Below are positions 52,656 to 64,000 of a DNA stretch of 64,000 nt, in pieces (within the stretch, counting starts at the first letter, position 1; each line of letters opens with the position of its first letter). The translations under genes were made by a program, and so were the position numbers. Below the pieces are notes generated by a model. It was not told the origin of the DNA. It made no database searches and saw nothing but the letters and a program-made list of their open reading frames with translations. Location of the stretch: the NCBI GenBank assembly GCA_964247055.1, contig OZ176054.1, forward strand, positions 6,014,001 to 6,078,000. The letters run 5' to 3'. This DNA comes from Paragordius varius. Its lineage: Eukaryota; Animalia; Nematomorpha.

Positions 52656-55600
52656 TAAATGAATGTCTAACACTGTATTTAGATAAGCTCATTCTTTTAC
52701 AGTATTGTAATTTTAAGAGCCTAAAATTGGGACAGCTCCAAAACACGAACTAAACAACTGATTTTGAATAAATATCAATTTGCTAGTAAAATGCAACCTA
52801 AGAGCTTAAGTTAATAATTTGTATTTTAAAATCTTAATATACATACATTTGCCTATTGTATTAGCGATTTAAAAAAAAATTAAAAATTGTAATATGCGCC
52901 TAAAAGGCTAAAGATATTTTGATAATTCGGCCTAATACCTCAAATACTTTTAAAGATATTCAAATTTTAAATCGCTCATATAAAAGTACCCCAAAAGGTG
53001 GTCATAATGATAATGTAGAATAATGGTATAAAAAAATTTTTGGAATACGTGTGGACTCAAAAAAATTTTTTAGATTATTTTTCATAAAAATGAGGCAAGC
53101 GGGTTTTAGCCATATTCCCACTGTTTATTGCATCTCCTCGTTTAAGGGGGTACGAAAAAATTCCCCAAAAATAGTATCCTTCAAATAATAATTCGGAAAA
53201 TAATGGCATTTATGAATAATTTTACTCATTTTCTAAATTGTCAAACAGTAGTTTCGTTTTTTAATAAACATCATCAGTTCAGCTCCACCTTTTGTAATAT
53301 CGCTTTAATAAATAAAAAATTTTAACCAATTTTTTGAAAAGATGTTCCATTAATGGTCCTAGGTATAGTTATTTTAAAGGTAACATTACTTTTTGCGTTT
53401 TTTGATGCCATTAAATAGAAGCCCCTACGATATAAAATATGTCTATAAGCAAGTTTTGGGAGATCGCCTTATTGCAATCTAAAGGCCTTAATTCATTTTT
53501 CCAATTCGGTAAACTTTTTGAATCATTCCAATGTTGAGCTTAAATAACAATTGTCAAAAATTAAAACAGATTATTGTCAAACAAGACAATTTATTTGATA
53601 TGCCCTATTTCGTTACTAAGCTCAGCTCTATATTTATATTAGCTTGCAGCAGTTTCCTGGAAAACGTGAAATACAAATACTATTATTAAAATTATTTATT
53701 TATCAATTCGTCGAGTGTAGTTAGGATATTTAAAATTAACGGGTTGTACACTACCTCATGTAAAACCAAATACCTTTACATTGCATTTTTTAAAAACGTA
53801 AAAGAACACGTATATCATATGCATATAATGATAATTGAGCTCACTAGTGCTCAAGCAGATCCTCACCCATGTAACGCTTCTGCATAATTAATATGTGTTT
53901 CAAAAAACGTGCCGACTTTCAACTCAATTATTATCTCATGCTTTTCTTCATTATTTAGCCGGATATCATATAGCAACTTAATTAATCCGTTTGGTTGCAT
54001 CAACTGTATGACGTTTTTTCCAAATAATTGGTCGCAAAAAACGTTTCCCACAAGCCTTACAAATATCTTAATACGACATTTCTAAAAAAATATATGTTTA
54101 TAAAATAAAAAAGGTTAGATCGCACAGGCGCTTTAATATTTATCATTAAAGGCTAATGTCGCATTTTTTTGAACATCATTTTACATCAAATTGCGACAAT
54201 ATTAATTTATCATAAATCTGTGTCCAAGTGCTTTGATATGGCGTAAATTAAATTTAATTATTAACATTTTTGAAATGCAAATAGACCAGTAAAAATTACA
54301 CATTTTGAATTTTAATTTTGGACTGGTAATCTTTTTCCAATTTTTTTTTGAATTATTGCTAAATTTTTTATTTATACTAAGTCACAGAGAGGCAGTAGTT
54401 ATTATTTTTTATAATAGCAATAACTTAAAACTATTGTAATTCTATACATCCGATTTATGTTTCCATATCATGCCTTAATACCAGTTCTATACCAGAATGA
54501 AACCGGAATCATTGAACTACTTAAAGCAAAAAACATTATAAATACGTCTCTGTAATCGCTGAAAACATGATCACGTTGCAAATGGTTCGAAAAATATGTT
54601 AATTTTTTAATTTTAAATAAAATAATACCCAATTGTTTTTAATGTCGATGAAACTGAAATCAGCCAATAGGCAACTCGGAATTCGCAAAATACAACAATG
54701 AAATCAAAATTAAAATCAATTTTTTCGCAAAAATATTTGTGAAACCGCTATTTGGCCGGGTACTCTTTAATATGTGGAACAAAAACCTTGGTTACGCTAA
54801 CGATTCTGATAAATGTGGTATGACTCAAGTTTACCGATTTGATATATAGAATAACGATTAATTTAATAATATTTAACTCATCCAGTCAGCATTATTTGAT
54901 TAAGCGTTTAAGCTATAATCTATGAATTTAATATTCACATCTTAATAATGTTAGCATACAATCTGCATCTGTGTGTTATTTGTGTGAATCATACATATTC
55001 TCTAAAATAAGGGCCGCATCACCCACTAAACTCAATATATTTTAACTTACCTTATCCATGTATTAACACCCTAAAGCAGTGGTACTTTAACCGCGTTAGG
55101 GTCCTAGATTATTAATTTAATTTGTTATTAGCTCTTTGAGAGCATAAATATCATCAAATAGTTATGCAATGTTTGTCGGTAAATATTGAATGGCCTTGAA
55201 ACAATAAAAATATTTTATTCGAACCTTCATGATTTTGTGGTGAATACCACCGTAGTATGAGTTGAGATGGCTTGGTTCGCGGTAAACAAAAATTTTATCA
55301 TGATAAAACGAAAATTTTAAAACAATCACATGTTCATAAATTAATTTGATTAAAGATAAAGTTAGTAAAAACTAGTAAAGCTTACAATAGTTTACTGATA
55401 AAACTAGTATATATAGATAAAGTTAATGTGAAAATCGCTGTAAGACAAATGTTGGACGCAATTATGAAAACTTTGCATAAGATTTTGCCAGGCACCCTAA
55501 TCTAACTGTAGGACAGGTACTGCGCGCTTAATATATACCCCCGAATGTGCACCGTGAGTTGTTGCTGGGAAAAAAATGTATTAACAAAAAAAGCCATTAA

Positions 55601-56018
55601 GCCTATGATCAAGTATAGATTTTTGGCCTGCTTTGTTTGTGATTTAAAATGTTTTGGCTTGCGGAGATTAAATTGTGATACATTATTTTTAATAAGCACG
55701 AATGTTAAAACTAGATTGCATTTTAATGACGCTATTATTTCATTCATGATTATGCACTGTATATACAAAATATGAACCCTCCCCCCCTCAAATTCTCTTA
55801 TTCAAAACCCTTTTTACAATACCATTATTTTAAACAAAATAGAGACCATAATTTAATACAAGTTATAAAATTAAACAATTACTAAAATTTATTATTGCAA
55901 GTTTTAGGCAAAATATAACTACTAACTATACAATCTACACAAGTGCGTCTGTTACAATGAGATTTCGAATTATATGCTAAGTTTAATTATTAAAGCTAAT
56001 TATAATAAGTTTAAAAAT

Positions 56019-59000
56019 CTAATAATTTTTCTGAGGGCGCCCACGATTGTCTTGTCCTTTTTTGGGACCTCTTCTGTGATCGATATTGTCCTTATATTTT
56101 TTATTACGGCTTATGGCTAGTCCTGAGGCACGTTTGCTAGAGTAATTGGTTGAGGTTCTTGACTTCATACTTTTACCGGATGAGCCTCTCCCGTATCCGG
56201 ATTTTTCAGTTTGATATTGACTTCTTTTTCCGGAACGCGGGCGTCCCATTTTATTGCTTACTTTTCTGCCATCCACATTTTCACCCTGAGTCTAAAAATG
56301 TTGAAAATAAATTTTTAGGTATTTTATATTCTGATTTTATAAATATAAATAAATTAGGAATACAGAATACTTTTACACTAAAGGAAAACATTAAACTTAC
56401 CTTATAACGTTTTAACCCATATCGTCCGCTCTTAGTACTCTTCTTTTGCTTTGAAGGATTCTGATATTGATAGTTCCCGTCATTTCCCAAATCTTCCATC
56501 AATTCTTCGTATTCACTTGAGCTAACTTCAGTGCTACTGCTGGACATGGCTTCACTGGAAGAGCTTGCGCTTGACGATGAAGGGCTCGTTGTTGAAGGAG
56601 GAGTGTAATCATTGTCGCTTGCACTGGTGCTGCTGTAATTAGTTTCCATCAATGAGGTTATGCTTTCGGAATCGGATTCTGATTGGTTATTTTGGCTTTG
56701 GTTCTGATTGTACTTGTTACTTCGACCACCAACTTTTCTTCCCGAACGACCGTTGTACGATTTATCTTGGCCACTTGCCAATTTATAACGACGACGACGG
56801 CGCATGTTGGATTGCTGTCCCTTCTTTTTAGATGACATCATATTACCACCACGCATTTGACTTAAACTATAATTACCACTATCAGATGCATTATAGTTAT
56901 TGTTTTGGGATCGTTTAGACGAGGAAGTGGTTCTCATACGTTTTCGTTTGTTTCCAGATTGATAATTTGGAGGCAGTTTACCTTCACGCTCCGCCTCGCT
57001 ATCACTAATAAATTGACCAGTCTCATCATCACGTTCAGGCATACGCTTGTATTTGCGCCCATCCATATCCGTGCCCGCTACGTATCGTTTGTTAGAACTG
57101 GAATTTTTTTTCTTTGAATATTGACTACTATTATTATAATTATTATCATCATAATTCTGCCTTTGCATATTCATACCAGAGCTATCATTATTATTGCTCC
57201 TGTAGCGTTTATATTTTTTGGGATGGCTTTGGGTGTAGCCTTGTGGCAATTTTCCTTCTCGTTCGGCTTCGCTATCACTGATAAATTGGCCGGTTTCATT
57301 ACGTTCTGGCATTCGCCTGGGATGTTTACGCCCATCCATTTCAGTACCTTCAACAGTACCTACCTTGAACCCGTATTTGGTTCTGTGGCTGGAGCCCGTT
57401 TGATAAGATCCTTGATTGTCATATTCTTGTTCACTTTCACTGCTGCTGTACTGATTTTCTTGTTGACCCATTCTTTTTGGATGTTTGCGTCCGTCCATTT
57501 CAGTTCCTTCAACTGTACCCTTTTTGTAACCATATTTGGTTCTGTTACTACTAGTGCCACTATTGTAACTTTGATTTTGATAATTATTACTGTTATCATG
57601 TTGTTGGGACATTTGTTTATTCGGATGCTTACGGCCATCCATTTCGGTTCCTTCAACTGTACCTTTTTTGAATCCATATTTGGTTCTGTTGCTGGAGCCA
57701 GTTTGATAGGAACCTTGGTTGTTGGAGTCTTGTTCGGCTTCGCTGCTTTCATATTGATCATCTTGTTGTTGAGACATTCTTTTAGATGGATGTTTGCGAC
57801 CATACATTTCAGTTCCTTCTACCGTGCCCTTTTTGTATCCATACTTGGTCCTGTTGCTACTACTAGTATAATTGCTACTTTGATTTTGCGAATTCGACGA
57901 TAATTTTCTTTCGCGTTCAGCCTCACTATCACTAATGAATTGACCAGTTTCGTTTCTTTCTGGCATTCTTCTAGGATGCTTGCGGCCATCCATTTCAGTT
58001 CCCTCAACAGTACCCTTTTTATAGCCATACTTTGTCCTGTTGCTACTTTTATAGTTTTCGTTAGAGTCATTTTCATGCTCAACATCATGTTGTTGAGACA
58101 TTTGTTTATTCGGATGCTTGCGCCCATCCATTTCGGTTCCTTCTACTGTTCCTTTTTTATATCCATATTTTGTTGTATTACTACTGCCACCATAATTATT
58201 ATGGCTATTTTGTTGATTCCCGGATGATAATTTTCCTTCGCGTTCGGCTTCACTATCACTAATAAATTGACCAGTTTCGTTTCTTTCTGGCATTCTTCGA
58301 GGATGTTTGCGGCCATCCATTTCAGTTCCCTCAACTGTTCCCTTTTGATAACCATACTTAGTCCTATTGCTACTTGAATAATTGTGGGCTTCGTTGGATT
58401 CATCTCCCTCGTCGTTCTCATGTTGAGACACTTGTCTGTTCGGATGCTTGCGTCCATCCATTTCTGTTCCTTCGACGGTACCTTTCTTATATCCATATTT
58501 CGTTGTATTGCTACTCTTTTGACTACCTCCATATTGGTTGTTATAATTTGATTTTGAATTCCTGTCAGGATGTTTGCGTCCATCCATTTCAGTACCCTCC
58601 ACAGTGCCTTTTTTGAAACCATATTTGGTCCGATTGCTGTTAGAACCTTGGGTTTGATCCATGCGTTCTTCATCTGAATCACTCTCATCATAGTAATGCT
58701 TATTGAGTGGTCCTCCCATGTTACCCTTCATGCCGCCGTTTAAACGATAATTGTACCCATACATCTTGGTTAATTTATGAGAGGAATCATCGTTATAATT
58801 TTCATTCATTTGATCGTTATTACTGACACCATCACTATAATTATAATTTCCTTTTTCAGAATATTTATTGACCTTATGTTGGGTAAAACCTTGAGGCAAC
58901 TTTCCCTCCCGTTCAGCCTCGCTGTCACTTATAAATTGTCCCGTTTCATTACGTTCAGGCATTCGTTTGTGTTTACGACCATCCATTTCAGTTCCTTCTA

Positions 59001-61324
59001 CCAATCCATTTGTTCCATTTTTCTGATGAGTGGCAGAATATTGGTCATTTTCATTGTTGTCCATTTCTTTGTTGTTACGTTTTGAGTTGCTTTTATTATA
59101 AGAACCGTAATTATAGTTACCAGATTGTTGAGAGTGGCTGTTGCTCTTCTGTTGGTTTTTTTGCAAACCATGAGAAGGGAGTTTACCTTCACGCTCTGCC
59201 TCACTGTCACTAATGAATTGGCCGGTTTCATCATCGCGTTCAGGCATGCGTTTATTTTTTCTACCATCCATTGCTGTCCCAGCAACACCTCCTTTATTGG
59301 AAGAATATTGTTGATTTTGGGAATAGTTGTTAGATCTATTGCGACTTTGCTGTTGATTAGTGTTGTTGTTGGATGATTGTGATGAATTCGATGATTTCGA
59401 ACCAGTCATTTTGTTGTAATTGTCTTCACTTGAATCCGAAGTTTTTCGCACAAACTGCCCCAAACTATTTCTTTCCGGCATTTTTTTATTGTTCTTAGAT
59501 TGGGATTTTTGTGTTTCGCCTTCCCCACCATAACTATTAGATGACATGCGTCTATCGTGATCTTCAAAACCCTCTACAATAATAATTGTAATAAAATAAG
59601 TCATAAAAACTTAAAACAAAAACTTTTAATGGCTAATTTCAGCATGCAAAGCGAAGAAAGGAATTCTATTTTTTTCCCATATAGTATAAAATAAAAAAAA
59701 CCCGATAATTAATGAAACACATTCCACAATTCACTTTATTATACAAAATAATAGATCCAATTCTCATGAAATATGTTATTTAATCACCCAAAATAGATAT
59801 TTTTTAATCGTATTAAATCAATTGTACAATAACCGATAGAGGTGAACATATTAATTAAAGCGCCCCATAGCTGAAAAAATGAATATCCCCGTTATATTAA
59901 GTATTGAGAATTTTGTACCGAAAATTGGGGAATAAATATTTTAAATAGTTGGATAATTGCCATTAATTACTGAGAGCTAAAGGTAATATACCATATTTAA
60001 CTATGAAAAAAATTAGGGCATAATATATCATTGGATAAACTTTGGATGGTGATACATTCAAATGTATTTTAAACTTCCTCCTTTGTGTAAGTGCCTTAAA
60101 TATTTAAAATATTAAAATTTGGCAGCAACAAAACATAGATTTAATTATTTACACTATATATATAATTAACCCTTTTAATTCGCCATCTAATAGACGCGAA
60201 TGAAATATTTTCAAATTTGCCTTTATACATGTCGTCACATAATTAAGATTCTAATAATTTAAAATCGACCGATTTTTTATAGAGGGTATACTGCGATGTG
60301 GCACCCTGATTTTGACTTCTATGACCAGCTAACTATTTAATGGTACTACCAACTTGGAGAATAAAAAATCTCTCAAATATAATAAATAGAATAAACCATC
60401 CTTATCGTTGGTATCATTCGACATTTTATTCCCAGACTTATTCCCATTTAACTGATAGCGTGAGCTTGTCTCCGTTGCTGGCATTTCGTTTGATGGGTTC
60501 GCCACTTGAATTTTAATGTTTATCGATTTCGATGCAACTGACTCGCTTACAATAGTTTTTAGTTCAGAGCTGTAAAACGCCAAATATATATAGTAAAAAT
60601 TAAAATTAAACGAACAAATTGTAAAAATATTAACACAAATAGTTTGTACAATCATAGTTTTTATAAAATTGCAAAATATGAAATTTAGATTATATTAATA
60701 AAATAATCAATTATAATACGTTATTTATAATCGTAAATATATAATTAATCAAGCAATAATTTAGACAAAAAAATATTTGGAAAGATTACGTTTGGTCCGT
60801 AAAATTTCCAGTAAATTATAATGAAATTAAGTACACTGCTTGTATTGACGAATTTATTAACAAAACAAAAAATTTAAAAAGTACTGTGCCGTAACAAAAT
60901 AATTATGTTAACGTGTTTAAATTAATTAATAAAGTTTAATAAATGAGCCCAATATCAAAAATTATTATATCACGCACCTAACATTATAACAAAAAAATTA
61001 ATTATATATTTAGAATTAATAAATGGACGGTTATAAAATCCACTTCCTAAAAATATAATGTTATAAACGCATTAAAATTGATATTTACGGATTAACTATA
61101 TGCTGTTCAATGTTTGTTGGTATTGAATAATCTGAGCTATTGAAAAGAGGATCAAAATTAAATGGCTAATCAATTAATGATATATCAACCTTTTCAGCAA
61201 TTGGGGTTGTATCGTTATTATCAGAATTATTTACAATCAAATCAAGTTCTTCAAATATCTATGGTAAATTTACTATGAGGTAATGCAATTTTTTTACAAT
61301 ATAAGAATAATGGTATACCGGCAT
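56019..61324 (-). CDS. Uncharacterised ~1,260-aa hydrophilic repeat protein (12 GTxMDGRK motifs, 6 MPER..ETGQFISDSEAERExKL motifs, basic GRP-containing tail)
   Basis: Phase-consistent exons 61258-61190, 61165-61089, 60569-60397, 59573-56401 (3173 nt open) and 56291-56019 (TAG). The first exon from ATG 61324 is provisional. Confidence 0.8.
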
Positions 61325-61800
61325 ACACCCGTTCCAAAAATTACGGGATATAGGTTTTTGGTAAGTTGTGGTAAATTTTAATCTAAGTGCTATAGAGTTG
61401 GGGAAAGATCCAATATGATTAGTAATGTATTGGCCAAATTTTGCTTTGAGGTGAAAAGATTTGCGGATAATGGTGAAGCAAAAAAATAATTTTATGGTAA
61501 AATTTTTAATAATAAATTTATTGAGCGCTGAAATTTTATAGCTTAAATGACTTTGTAAAAATTGTTATATATTACAAAACCGATTAACGACATTAAATCA
61601 TGAATCGGCAAATAAGAAACAAATAAGTTACTAATTATATCATAAACACCAAAGGGGGCCATAAATCACTCCTAATTTTTCATCTATTATTCGCGGGTTA
61701 TGTCTGGTAATAAAATATTGTGTTTGAATTAAATATCAATTATTTATTAATAGATTATAATCAAATAGAGTATGATGAAATTATATATTAAATATATTAA

Positions 61801-61957
61801 TTAATCAAAAAAATCTTCAATATCAATGTTGGGGTTTAACAAATCTTCACCAAACGGTTTAACGTTAATTTGATTTAGAATCAGGTTTTCTATTGTTTCC
61901 TCCATCCCAGTGTCACCTATTAATGTAGCTCCGCGGACATATAAGGCATCTTTGGTC
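61801..61957 (-). CDS. Probable terminal exon of an unidentified upstream gene ([51 protein letters not shown])
   Basis: TTTACAG acceptor, 52 open codons with protein-like composition, TAA stop. No family recognised. Confidence 0.4.
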
Positions 61958-63040
61958 CTGTAAATGAATATTAAAATTTAATCAATTAAGGGTAGGTTAT
62001 AAATAGAATTTGAACATGACCCAAATTACTAAGCCTAACTTAGTTACCAACAGATATATTTGGGTGAACAAATATTTATTTTTAATAAAATATTAAAAAA
62101 AGCTGGTTAACGTCCCCTGGTTAAAGTAATGGACAATAAAAAATATTATACAAGTTATATGCCTTGAGCAAAAACTCGTAATCGTCTGTATGCTTGATAC
62201 CATTGGAATATATTTAATATGAGGGCATTTTTTAGTTTTTACATTGGTGATTAAATCTTTTCGAAATCAAATATTATTATGCCATATGTCTCAAATTACC
62301 ATAAATTATTTTTAAAATTTATTAATGGCGACTGTTAATTTTTTGGATGTTATTAGCAAGCCTAAAAAGGTAAAAAAATTTTATACATAATGCATGAACG
62401 TTAGCAGCGCAATTTAATTAAATTATATAACAAATTTTACGTATAAAATTATGAAATCATCTTAAGCGCTTTCAAAGTGAGCTGAATATATTTTATTGAA
62501 TACACAAAACTATTGTTTGGTAAAACATTAATTAAAACACAAATATAAAATAAAATTGGAATTAGTATTCAATTATATGGGTGTAAGTTGCCAAAATTTT
62601 GGCTTGGACTTAAACTCTGTTGATCAAAAATTAGAGCCAAATTACTCACCAATTTATGTTTGAAAACGTGAAATATCACTTTGGATATGAATTTAAGTTT
62701 AGAGACTCATTTATTCTTTTTAGGGGTAAGGACATAAATTATATCAGGATTTGTGCAAGCTTTAACCCTCCAGGGATGACCTTCCATATAGTGTGGGAAA
62801 GCGCCCTACCTAGCAAACAATACCGCCTTTAATAATCTCTCTGGATAAAGTATCAATTTGGAGCATAAATCAAATTAAGTCTTTTCAACATTTGCGCTTC
62901 AAATCCGTCATGGCCAAAGCAGAATTCAAATCATGAAATATAAACAAACCATGACTTGTCATATAAAAGTGAGACCTTAAAGTGCCGTATAATGAGTCCA
63001 AGACTCTTTTGCGAAAAATAAAATGTCAATGGCTTTACAT

Positions 63041-63907
63041 CAGGGCTTCGAATTCGGCCGAAAAAAGTGAAACCGGAAACAATAATGGTCGGTTCTAAAA
63101 TATAAACCGGTTGACCCGGAACCGGATTAGTTAAATTAGTGGTTCGGGAATCGTTTTTGACATATAAAACCGGTTCCTAAGCTGGCTGACATTTGATATA
63201 GCAAAATAAATTTTACATTTAAAAATCTAGCACAAAGGTAATGGAGTATATACTCTATTATTATTATTATTATCACATTTTTAGAAAAATTTCTATGGTT
63301 TAAAAAATTTAACCTTAGCGATTCCGATGTTGTCAAATACTCGAAATTAAAACAAGGGGATAGCTTCGTTCCGATAGTCATCTATTTAAAATCGGGATAG
63401 GTTATCTCCTAATTTTACTCGTTTCCAATACACTATCATACGGTTATTTTTCAGATATGATGCCCTGTAACATACTCATTTGCAACAGTTTTGTATTACA
63501 ATATGATCGTATGAATGTTGTATTGGGTAATAATATTTATAATTTATTAGCTGTCCAATAATTAAGCTATCTCCATATTAATACGTTTATAGACTCTATA
63601 TATATAAATAGGGAGCCAACTGTCATAATTAGCTCATTTTTGATCACAGGTCTATGGTTTAAAATATGATTTTGAACGGGGCTTTAAAATCAAAAATCCA
63701 TCGTAACATAGGAGTGATTTCAGATGAATCAGAAATTTATCACACGATATATTATTTTAATAAAGTATTTTAAACAATTTTAAAATTTCTTTTTTACAAA
63801 AGAAAAACTTATTTGGCCTTTGTAGCCGAAACCAAGTTAATTCCATCCCAACAGAACCGGTTTCTGCTAAAATCAAAACTGACAGTTCTGCGGGTTTCGA
63901 AGCCGTG
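63041..63907. mobile_element. hAT-type MITE
   Basis: Termini CAGGGCTTCGAA / TTCGAAGCCGTG and AACCGG-rich subterminal repeats. The 8-bp flanks match poorly. Confidence 0.55.
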
Positions 63908-64000
63908 TTTGAAATTAAATTTAAGATAAAATTCATATGCTAAAAATATAAAATATTAAAAACTAAAAAAGTTTAAACTTTAAACTAAATTATCAAAAAA

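Noticed and set aside
51645-55775. Short ORFs at 51645, 52507, 52559, 53863, 55502 and 55545
   Set aside because: No recognisable motifs or splice-consistent partners. Their lengths are compatible with chance or repeat-derived sequence.
2900-59030. Other CTGATGA or CTGAAGA hits (~2913, ~22791, ~23622, ~37738, ~41530, ~59024) as hammerheads
   Set aside because: None has a stem II followed by GAAA at a suitable distance.
56905-59376. Many overlapping hydrophobic ORFs on the plus strand and in alternative minus frames
   Set aside because: They are shadows of the repetitive S/N-rich minus-strand exon.
62100-62300. Possible stop-codon reassignment (TGA=Trp in I*DIWHNNI*FRKD; also TAR=Gln as in ciliates)
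   Set aside because: All five reconstructed genes read cleanly in the standard code and end in TAA or TAG. Interrupted frames are confined to decayed elements.
1-64000. tRNA, rRNA, snRNA or spliced-leader RNA genes
   Set aside because: No T-loop cloverleaf, U1/U2/U6 signature or rRNA motif recognised by eye. A covariance-model scan would be needed to exclude divergent ones.

Overview
Very AT-rich (roughly three-quarters A+T by eye), transposon-littered eukaryotic DNA using the standard genetic code. It is most likely animal, because the TLK carries the metazoan-type N-terminal [12 protein letters not shown] motif. Exons were reconstructed by eye, with phases checked, for five host genes: ASPG (asparaginase-ankyrin, 7617-13671 +), NOL12 (24963-25530 +), Tousled-like kinase (28373-37644 -), a cytochrome b561 domain gene (49087-49906 +), and a ~1,260-aa hydrophilic two-motif repeat protein I cannot identify (56019-~61324 -). 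Main pattern: all 14 host GT-AG micro-introns (22-27 nt) start within ~435 bp of the start codon, while all 30 downstream introns are 57-1709 nt. This is the reverse of the usual long-first-intron trend. Mobile DNA includes a Tc1/IS630 element whose transposase carries a 22-nt host-style intron, two foldback elements with 21-bp terminal arrays, a hAT relic, a Mag-type Ty3/Gypsy LTR element, MITEs, and a Penelope-type minimal hammerhead ribozyme with a G5-to-A core change shared by two copies. No database searches were run; all homology calls come from recognising motifs.
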